Shown: in pieces, positions 9,720 through 15,972 of the stretch
Numbering within the stretch: the first letter of the stretch is position 1
Layout: each line of letters opens with the position of its first letter
Source of the DNA: an uncultured virus (IMG/VR IMGVR_UViG_3300022187_000001)
Lineage: Duplodnaviria > Heunggongvirae > Uroviricota > Caudoviricetes > Crassvirales
IMG/VR virus record: IMGVR_UViG_3300022187_000001
Strand: one strand, 5' to 3'
DNA: 20,000 nt
Notes under the pieces: generated by a model
Databases searched by the model: none
What the model saw: the letters and a program-made list of their open reading frames with translations, nothing else
What the model was told of the DNA's origin: nothing
Program-made: the position numbers and the translations under genes

Positions 9720-10135
9720 TACGTTACAGTTACAGAGTTATTAAAAAGCACCTTGTATCCAGAAGCCTGAGCTTCCAAAAGGAGAGTATCTCCAGTAGCA
9801 TTGTATTCGTAGGTAACAGCCGTTCCAGTTTCATTAGTAGCTGAAATGGTAATAGACCCACCTGAAATAGCCGCAGCCGTAACCAACAACAGCTGACCAA
9901 TAATAACATCTGGGTAGACATACGTCTTAAGCTCCGTGTAAGGAGTCGTGTCAGCAGGTGTTTCAGTAGCCTTGGTGGTGTACTTATTGGGAGCTGGCAA
10001 AGAGGCGACATCCACACCGCCACTTCCAGTAAGCTCAATTACGAGAGCCCCGTCAGGATTCAGAGGTGCCGTGCTGGTGCTCGTAGTAATGGCTTCGTTA
10101 GCCCCGTCAGGAATAAGAATTGAGTTGTATCCCAT
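9719..10135 (-). CDS. Putative head fibre / capsid decoration protein (138 aa, Thr/Ala/Gly-rich, beta-rich)
   Basis: First gene after the capsid gene; GQLLLV...ITIS...GDTLLL...YKVL pattern resembles small beta-sandwich virion fibre domains; A-rich start region. Confidence 0.5.
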   Translation of the reverse strand: MGYNSILIPDGANEAITTSTSTAPLNPDGALVIELTGSGGVDVASLPAPNKYTTKATETPADTTPYTELKTYVYPDVIIGQLLLVTAAAISGGSITISATNETGTAVTYEYNATGDTLLLEAQASGYKVLFNNSVTVT

Positions 10136-10150
10136 GATTTATTTTTTTAT

Positions 10151-10189
10151 GGTTTTTGAGGGGAGACCAAGCGCCTCCCCTCGCAAACC
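10151..10189 (-). promoter_or_regulatory. Strong stem-loop directly after the major capsid gene, without a U tail
   Basis: Minus strand GGTTTGC-GAGGGGAGGC-GCTTG-GTCTCCCCTC-AAAAACC; followed by A-rich rather than U-rich sequence. Confidence 0.6.
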
Positions 10190-10195
10190 TAGTTA

Positions 10196-11554
10196 TTAGC
10201 CCTTGATGATAACGTGCTGGTTAGCAGCGCGAGTAACCAAAGCGATCTCAGAACGATAGTTCATTTCCAAGATGTCTTCGGTCAGCTCATTGTGTCCGAG
10301 AACACCGCCACCGCGCACCCAGTGCTCCATCTCACGGCTGTAGCCGTTAGACTCCTTGTAGTTCATCTCCAAAGCTGGAGCCTTAGCACCACTAACTGGA
10401 TCGGTGACCCGTGTCATTGGTACCATAGCGCCAATATACTTGGTAGAAGCACCCAAGAGAGTTGGGTCGTTCATCAACTTCCAGTCGTGCTTGTGGAAAG
10501 TGTATCCACCACGGGTGAAGCTCTTAAATCCAAGCTGTACAGCCATGTCAGCATCGTTGTTAAACGCACCGAACTGACCAGCCAGACCAGCCGTTACGTT
10601 GGTAGCGATACCCGAAGCAAGCATGTCGTCAATAGCCAGAGATTGATTTCTGTTGACATACATGGCGTACTCACTAGGAGCTCCCTGGCGGTCCAATTCC
10701 AAAATGATGGAGTCGAACTCAGTAAAGCTATCCAGAGGGTTAGTAGATGCATTGCTCACAACAATACCGCGATCGTTAACAGCAGAGAAGTAGCCTTCAG
10801 AACCGCCAACAGCACCAGAAAGACCAGAAATCGTAGCGTTTGCCGCTCCAGTCTTCTCAGCAAAGAGCATCATCAGCTCACGGCGATCTTCAAAACGCTT
10901 GCGGGTCTCCTGCTCACCGTGGACGTACCAGCGGTAGTCACCACCAACGTTTACCCATCCGATGTTTGTAGCCTGAGAACCATTCACCTCGTAACGATCC
11001 TTGATGATCATGTACTGGTTAGTACGCTTAGTTGGGTCCGTTTTCATGAACTGACTTGGCTGATCTGTACCCTGGTCATACATGTTTCCAAGGATGATCA
11101 GTTTATCGGAGGCCACCCAGTCTGTTCCAGTTGCCCCACTAAGAGTAGCAAACGTTGTTCCTGCTGTGGTGCAGATATACACCTCTCCAGTAGTGGCATT
11201 CATTACAACTGTCTGAAGCTCAATCAAATCAGCACCAGTGAGTGGTGTACCCAAAGTAACCACTCCTGCAGTAGAAGAGTTTGCTGAGAAGGTATTGGCT
11301 CCGATGTCAACCAATCTGTGACGGCGCTGCTCCTCCCAATATTGGATGTTGTCAGCTTGGCCGCCATTCTTGATAGCTCCAGTCAGTTTAAGAAACCCCG
11401 TGATACCCTGATCACCGTAGGTTTTAATCAAAAGATCCCGATTGTCGGGCTTGTTATATTCCAGAAGCTGGTCTATAGTTGTGTATTTGTCGGGAGTGGT
11501 TGTAAAACCAGGTTGCGCAGTCGATGCGCCGCTCCCCAATCCAATAGTTGCCAT
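10196..11554 (-). CDS. Major capsid protein (452 aa), crAss-like / Bacteroidota podovirus type
   Basis: Size, position after an acidic scaffold-like gene, strong codon bias and motifs YGDQGITGFL, YWEEQRRH, GSEGYFSAVNDRG, LGFKSFTRGGYTFHKHDWKLMND, NYRSEIALVTRAAN that I recognise from capsid proteins of this phage group. Confidence 0.85.
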   Translation of the reverse strand: MATIGLGSGASTAQPGFTTTPDKYTTIDQLLEYNKPDNRDLLIKTYGDQGITGFLKLTGAIKNGGQADNIQYWEEQRRHRLVDIGANTFSANSSTAGVVTLGTPLTGADLIELQTVVMNATTGEVYICTTAGTTFATLSGATGTDWVASDKLIILGNMYDQGTDQPSQFMKTDPTKRTNQYMIIKDRYEVNGSQATNIGWVNVGGDYRWYVHGEQETRKRFEDRRELMMLFAEKTGAANATISGLSGAVGGSEGYFSAVNDRGIVVSNASTNPLDSFTEFDSIILELDRQGAPSEYAMYVNRNQSLAIDDMLASGIATNVTAGLAGQFGAFNNDADMAVQLGFKSFTRGGYTFHKHDWKLMNDPTLLGASTKYIGAMVPMTRVTDPVSGAKAPALEMNYKESNGYSREMEHWVRGGGVLGHNELTEDILEMNYRSEIALVTRAANQHVIIKG

Positions 11555-11565
11555 TGTTTTAGTTT

Positions 11566-12711
11566 TTAGATGTTAAATGTCATAAGACTGTTATCCCCTC
11601 CCCCAACGATTTGTCTAAGTTGTGCTGAGAGTGGGTTTTCTTGTTTCTCCGATTGTTTCGGAGATTGATTCGATTTAACATTAGCCGCGTTCTGTACTAC
11701 GCCTTGCTGGCCATCACTCAAACCCTGTCTATAGACTGACCCGACAATTTCGTCGATTTTATCTATTACAGTAATATGAGAGGCCAGGCTATCGTAGTCC
11801 CATTGGCCGCTATCGTCAACATACGAATCAAAAAACTCGTCAATACGGGCGTTCCGATCAACGAGTTGGCTTCGGTAATTGTCATCAATACCATAAGTAA
11901 AAGTTTTACCATTTGGCAAGTCAAACTCTAACCCAGTAAGAGAACCGACTTCCTGAGACATTTGACTTACCCAGTTATCGTCAATTACATATCGATCTTC
12001 ATCAACGCTTTGCTGTTGAACCTCTGGGGCGGCGTATCCGTTTCGGATATCTTCAATCGCCTGTCGGGCTCTAGTTGCGTCAGCTTTAAGTTGGATCTGT
12101 GCAAGACGGACCTGCTCTTCAGAAGTAGAGTCAGGATCCATATTGTACTTACTTGATATGAGCGTATTAAGCTCATCAACATTGAGTCCTGGGTATTCAG
12201 AAGCCATGTTTACACGAACAGCCGTAAAATCATCCATTTCGGATGGGTTTAACGATTGATATGCAAACCAGTCCTGAGGAGTTCTACCTGTTTCTTCAAC
12301 GAAATTAGCAATAGCTTGAATTCGTTCGTCCATTTCGTAGACACCCTGGTCCTCTCCGTCATCTATAAAGTCGTCAAAACTGGTGACCTGAACTCCGAGC
12401 CTTTCGCTCATATAATTCAGTACCGCATTTTCTACGTCTTCTTGTGTATATTCTGATTCAGGTTTCTGCTCTGACGGACCCAAGACTTGTTCCTCTGTGT
12501 ATGGAGAGGCCTCTATTTCTTCGGGCGTAGGAGCTTCTGCTGGTGGAGCCACCTCATCTGATAACGCATCAGAAATTGACGTCTTAGGAGCTTCACTCAT
12601 TGATTCAGCCAGATCTTGAACATTGTCAAAGAACTGAATCGGTTGGGTCTCTTGCTCTGGAGATGCCTGATCCACGGTCTGCTCTGGAGCAGTATTGTTA
12701 TTATCTTCCAT
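11566..12711 (-). CDS. Acidic scaffold-like capsid assembly protein (381 aa)
   Basis: Very D/E-rich, disordered-looking N-terminus, helical core; immediately upstream of the capsid gene. Confidence 0.65.
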   Translation of the reverse strand: MEDNNNTAPEQTVDQASPEQETQPIQFFDNVQDLAESMSEAPKTSISDALSDEVAPPAEAPTPEEIEASPYTEEQVLGPSEQKPESEYTQEDVENAVLNYMSERLGVQVTSFDDFIDDGEDQGVYEMDERIQAIANFVEETGRTPQDWFAYQSLNPSEMDDFTAVRVNMASEYPGLNVDELNTLISSKYNMDPDSTSEEQVRLAQIQLKADATRARQAIEDIRNGYAAPEVQQQSVDEDRYVIDDNWVSQMSQEVGSLTGLEFDLPNGKTFTYGIDDNYRSQLVDRNARIDEFFDSYVDDSGQWDYDSLASHITVIDKIDEIVGSVYRQGLSDGQQGVVQNAANVKSNQSPKQSEKQENPLSAQLRQIVGGGDNSLMTFNI

Positions 12712-12730
12712 TGTATTTAATTAATTGATT

Positions 12731-12796
12731 TTACATAAACAGATGAAACGACCCGCCTGCTTCGTTTGCTGAATCAAGCTTAAAGACGTTATTCAT
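12731..12796 (-). CDS. Candidate 21-aa micro-ORF MNNVFKLDSANEAGGSFHLFM
   Basis: ATG overlaps the upstream stop (TAATG at 12798-12794), the coupling used throughout the operon; ends at TAA 12733-12731, filling most of the gap before the scaffold gene. Too short to validate from sequence alone. Confidence 0.35.
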   Translation of the reverse strand: MNNVFKLDSANEAGGSFHLFM

Positions 12797-13203
12797 TACG
12801 ATTGGTAAATTACTGCGTACTCAACAGTCATGTTCGTTGCTGAGGTGTCAATATCAATATCAGTAGTTGCGTCCCAAGGGAAGAAAGCCCAGTCTCCAGC
12901 ATAAAGACGACCCATGTTAAGTACATCAGTTGCTCCATCGAATTCAATGGTAATGAACTCAGCCGCATTGGTGCTGATGTTTTTAATATAAACCTTATGG
13001 GCAAGATCGTCACTGTAGTCAGCTGCAGCCAAGAGGTTTGCAGCCGTTTGAGCCGTTGCATAAGTTTTACGAGCCACACCTGTTGTCTGATCCAAGCCAG
13101 TGGTGTTGCCCGCTTGAGTCAGAGTAGCGGTCGTTGAGAGCGACAGTGCATCTCCAGTGAGGTCAGCACTGCTAAGCGTAAGAGTTGCGGTTGTGGTAGC
13201 CAT
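12796..13203 (-). CDS. Putative virion structural protein (135 aa, Thr/Ala-rich, beta-rich)
   Basis: Has its own TATATTTGC box and A-rich start region; composition and KVYIKN...GRLYAGDWAFFPW pattern suggest a small jelly-roll; first gene of the probable capsid transcript. Confidence 0.55.
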   Translation of the reverse strand: MATTTATLTLSSADLTGDALSLSTTATLTQAGNTTGLDQTTGVARKTYATAQTAANLLAAADYSDDLAHKVYIKNISTNAAEFITIEFDGATDVLNMGRLYAGDWAFFPWDATTDIDIDTSATNMTVEYAVIYQS

Positions 13204-13222
13204 TTTTAGTTATTTATTTTTG

Positions 13223-13230
13223 CAAATATA
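13223..13230 (-). promoter_or_regulatory. Bacteroidota-type -7 promoter element TATATTTG upstream of the capsid genes
   Basis: Minus strand TATATTTGCAAAAATAAATAACTAAAAATG; intergenic; same 9-mer as at 7302-7310 and 14388-14396. Confidence 0.65.
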
Positions 13231-13235
13231 TGTTG

Positions 13236-13517
13236 TTATTTTTTGATAACTCTCATACCCGACTTGGCTTTTGGCGCAGTCTTATTTTTTTTCTTGTATC
13301 TAGAGACCCTACCCTTTTCTCGTTTCTCCTTGGCTGCCGCTCTCTTTTCACCTGGGGTTAGCTCTGACCAAGTTGTAGGAGTTTCTTTGCTGATGCGCTT
13401 TGTAGGGCGAAACGTCCTGTCAGATCCGCTGTACCCTTCCTTGCCTTTCGGGGTCTTCCACTCCTCCTTAAACCACCTTCTCAGGGCTGCACCCTTCTCA
13501 GTCTTGCGTACTGCCAT
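13236..13517 (-). CDS. Small basic protein (93 aa) with LRRWFKEEW motif
   Basis: TAATG-coupled; K/R-rich; LxRWFKEEW and RPTKRISKETP recalled from a widespread environmental virus family of unknown function (possibly DUF5872-like; unverified). Confidence 0.7.
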   Translation of the reverse strand: MAVRKTEKGAALRRWFKEEWKTPKGKEGYSGSDRTFRPTKRISKETPTTWSELTPGEKRAAAKEKREKGRVSRYKKKNKTAPKAKSGMRVIKK

Positions 13518-13681
13518 TACTTTTTCTTTTTGCCCTTACCATAGTTTGAAGCGCCCATCTTCCTGCACTTAGCAATCCTACCGCTGGCGTATGCTGACGG
13601 GAAAACCTTTTCGCCAGCCTTTACCTTGTGGTAGCAAGCGTCCTTGACGGTACCTCCCTTCTTGTACTTCTTTACCCTCAT
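13517..13681 (-). CDS. Small basic protein (54 aa, not in ORF track): MRVKKYKKGGTVKDACYHKVKAGEKVFPSAYASGRIAKCRKMGASNYGKGKKKK
   Basis: Translated by hand; ATG 13681 overlaps the upstream TGA (ATGA) and TAA 13517 overlaps the downstream ATG (TAATG). DACYHKVK...PSAYASG...KCRK is a motif I recall from marine phage proteins. Confidence 0.8.
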   Translation of the reverse strand: MRVKKYKKGGTVKDACYHKVKAGEKVFPSAYASGRIAKCRKMGASNYGKGKKKK

Positions 13682-13863
13682 GAGTGATTTACTATCTTAA
13701 AGTGAGCACTCTCTACTGCCCCAGGATGAGGTTTGTAGTCCCCTTTCATCAGGAAATACCTACCTCTATCCTCCATCCAGTGATAACCGCTTGGAGGAGG
13801 TACAGATACTTTTTTGTTGCTTACATCAAGCTTGCCACCTTTATTTTTCTTGACGGCATTCAC
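13678..13863 (-). CDS. Small basic hypothetical protein (61 aa, GTG start)
   Basis: GTGA overlap with the upstream stop and ATGA overlap downstream; PPSGYHWM motif; N-terminal KKNKGGK. Confidence 0.65.
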   Translation of the reverse strand: MNAVKKNKGGKLDVSNKKVSVPPPSGYHWMEDRGRYFLMKGDYKPHPGAVESAHFKIVNHS

Positions 13864-14075
13864 TGCACTTGGTTTTTTGCAAGCAAAAGCTTAATCTCTT
13901 GAAGCTCTTTAAGCAGGGTTTCAATGTTTGCCTTGAGATCGCCGTGATCCATCTCCAAAACCTTGACTCTAGACTTCAAGGTCGTAAAATCGTTTTGAAA
14001 TTTTAACCACATTCCTATTAAGGCGCCAACCATAGTAAGCAGCTCAAACTGTGTAAGGGCGTCAGGGTTTATCAT
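13860..14075 (-). CDS. Small protein with N-terminal hydrophobic helix and C-terminal coiled coil (71 aa)
   Basis: Probable start is ATG 14075 (TAATG overlap), not GTG 14087. Hydrophobic LLTMVGALIGMWL is followed by a heptad-patterned segment LKSRVKVLEMDHGDLKANIETLLKELQEIKLLL. Confidence 0.65.
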   Translation of the reverse strand: MINPDALTQFELLTMVGALIGMWLKFQNDFTTLKSRVKVLEMDHGDLKANIETLLKELQEIKLLLAKNQVQ

Positions 14076-14383
14076 TAGCAGTTCCACTTTTTAAGTGATT
14101 TATTTATTCGTGAGTTTGGGTCGCGGGCGGTTTTAGCGCTAGTTCTTCTTTTCTTCATGCCTGTCATTCTTGCACAAAAAGACTTTCTTCTAGATGCAGC
14201 TTTGCTTCCCTTTTTAAGTTTAGAAGGCTTTGTAGTAACCGCTGTTTTAAGTTTGCTACCAGGATTTGCTCGTCGATATGAAGCAACACCTTTTTTATTC
14301 AGGCCTCCAGAAGGGTTCTTCCCCTCTTTCCTAGTCCATGCAGGAGTTTTCCCCCCAGATTTGTAAGATTTTTTACATTTCAT
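14075..14383 (-). CDS. Small very basic protein (102 aa; 33 K/R versus 2 D/E), possibly DUF6321-like
   Basis: AWTRKEGKNPSGGLN and RRKSFCARM...SRINKSLKKWNC recalled from a widespread phage family of unknown function; family name unverified. Confidence 0.75.
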   Translation of the reverse strand: MKCKKSYKSGGKTPAWTRKEGKNPSGGLNKKGVASYRRANPGSKLKTAVTTKPSKLKKGSKAASRRKSFCARMTGMKKRRTSAKTARDPNSRINKSLKKWNC

Positions 14384-14388
14384 AAATG

Positions 14389-14396
14389 CAAATATA
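14389..14396 (-). promoter_or_regulatory. Bacteroidota-type -7 promoter element TATATTTG upstream of the basic-protein cluster
   Basis: Minus strand TATATTTGCATTTATG; only 5 nt from the ATG at 14383. Confidence 0.65.
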
Positions 14397-14431
14397 AAAA
14401 CAAAACAATAAGAGTTTTAGTGAGACTAATG

Positions 14432-14686
14432 TCAAGGCTTTACGCCATACTCTCCTGGATATAAAGTAATCGTTGTGTCTGAAGAGCCATCAACAAGATA
14501 AGTGAACGTGCTTATCTCAGTTAGCTCTATTGTTTCATACGTTGCTGTCCAAGTCCCATCTCCTTGTTGAGAACACTCTTCTAAAGACTGCTCATTATAA
14601 GAAAAAGAAAAATTCGGAGCGCTGGCATCGTACCAAAACTCTTGCAGATCTTCCTCTGAGGATATTGTTATTGTATAGCTTGCCAT
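14432..14686 (-). CDS. Small acidic hypothetical protein (84 aa; 15 D/E, 1 K, 0 R), last gene of the fibre cassette
   Basis: TAATG-coupled to the RCC1-like gene; beta-strand-rich composition. Confidence 0.6.
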   Translation of the reverse strand: MASYTITISSEEDLQEFWYDASAPNFSFSYNEQSLEECSQQGDGTWTATYETIELTEISTFTYLVDGSSDTTITLYPGEYGVKP

Positions 14687-15972
14687 TATCTTACGTGAAG
14701 TACAATGCCTACCTTTTGTGAGTTAGGACTTTGTTGATTGTATATTATACCTGCATGATCTACAGTCAATCCTGAACCAATTGCATTTGTGATTTTTGTT
14801 GCATCTTGAAATGAGGTAAATGAATTCATCGTATCGTTATCTACTTTATCTCCATTCCACCCATCGTTCCTAGCTTGAATTCCCCAGACACCGTTCTTTT
14901 TAAATAAGCAACCTTGGAAGTCGCCATCGTAAGTATATGTAAATCTGAAGCCCTGTATCTCTTCCCAATCAGTGTCACTATTAATAAGTTGAAATGTTCT
15001 ATTTGCGGTCATTCCAGTATAAATTCTTAGATAGGATGTACTAGATGATGAGCCATAGAGCTGGCCACCTTTAATAGCGATTCCCCCAAAGTTTCCCATC
15101 CAACACGACTCCCAGTTTGTGTCAGTGCCAATTTGCGTCATGTATATATTATTAGTTGAAACTCCGCTTCCTGTATTTCCATAGTTTCCCCACCCAGTGG
15201 TATAGAATTCGCCACTTTGCGTAACAACACCTAGGTTGTGCTGACCAAAAGAAACTCGAGCTACAAACTCTTCAAAATTTGTTGTAGCATCTGTTTTGCT
15301 TAAGGCGGGTGTTTCTGTAGTTCCACTTGTAAGGCCGTTTCCAAGCCTACCATTATTATGGTACCCACTAACGTATAGCTTTCCTGTAGTAGCAGTTGGT
15401 CCTTTAACTGCAGCTACTCCGTAAGGAAAAGCAGTCTGAGTATCAATAGAGATCCAGTCTGTGTCGGTTCCAAGCTGAGTCCAGGTTTGATATGAGTTCA
15501 CTGTGGTACCGAGGTAGTACCTCATGTTAGCACCAGTGTAGTGCAATTCACCAGATTCAATCGTTATGCACCCTTGAATAGTTGCAGCCATATCATCTAC
15601 ACCTGTTCTTGCTAATTGAAAACTTGTAGCACTGCCAGTGCTAGAATTCCTGCCAATGTAGTTATAACTAGTGCTTGGAGAAGCACTATATAAGTCTCCG
15701 TTTGTATCAAGGATGTAGCTACCATACCTTGTAAAATCCATTTTCTTTACAGGGTAACTACTTCCAGTCCATACTTGATAGCTAGATGGAGGGGGTGCAC
15801 CCCCTACAAACAAGTCAGCGGAAATTGGTTCACTCGGAGCGCCATCATAGCCCCAAACAAGAAGACCTGTTGTTGATGTAGCATAACCGCCTCCTCCTGT
15901 TTCTACAGTTTGTCCATTTATAGATGCAATGTTTGCCATGTCGATTCCGTTGTATCCGTTTATATCTGGCAT
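14686..15972 (-). CDS. RCC1/BLIP-II-like beta-propeller protein (428 aa), putative receptor-binding / fibre tip
   Basis: Repeats GKLYVSGYHNNGRLGNG, GEFYTTGWGNYGNTGSG, TQLGTDTDWISI, TQIGTDTNWESC and LINSDTDWEEI are RCC1-like; the N-terminal INGYNGIDMANIASINGQ peptide is followed by a GGGG linker. Confidence 0.7.
   Translation of the reverse strand: MPDINGYNGIDMANIASINGQTVETGGGGYATSTTGLLVWGYDGAPSEPISADLFVGGAPPPSSYQVWTGSSYPVKKMDFTRYGSYILDTNGDLYSASPSTSYNYIGRNSSTGSATSFQLARTGVDDMAATIQGCITIESGELHYTGANMRYYLGTTVNSYQTWTQLGTDTDWISIDTQTAFPYGVAAVKGPTATTGKLYVSGYHNNGRLGNGLTSGTTETPALSKTDATTNFEEFVARVSFGQHNLGVVTQSGEFYTTGWGNYGNTGSGVSTNNIYMTQIGTDTNWESCWMGNFGGIAIKGGQLYGSSSSTSYLRIYTGMTANRTFQLINSDTDWEEIQGFRFTYTYDGDFQGCLFKKNGVWGIQARNDGWNGDKVDNDTMNSFTSFQDATKITNAIGSGLTVDHAGIIYNQQSPNSQKVGIVLHVR

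Noticed and set aside
10190..10215. Programmed frameshift or read-through extending the capsid protein
   Set aside because: The gene ends in tandem TAA TAA with no slippery heptamer before the stop.
10214..11287. 357-aa plus-strand ORF antisense to the capsid gene
   Set aside because: Codon-aligned with the capsid frame; it exists because the capsid gene avoids TTA/CTA/TCA codons over this stretch. No start signals or protein-like features.
12738..12775. Possible hammerhead ribozyme (CAGATGAAAC...)
   Set aside because: Lacks the exact CUGANGA core and the three-stem arrangement with a separate GAAA; treated as a simple hairpin.
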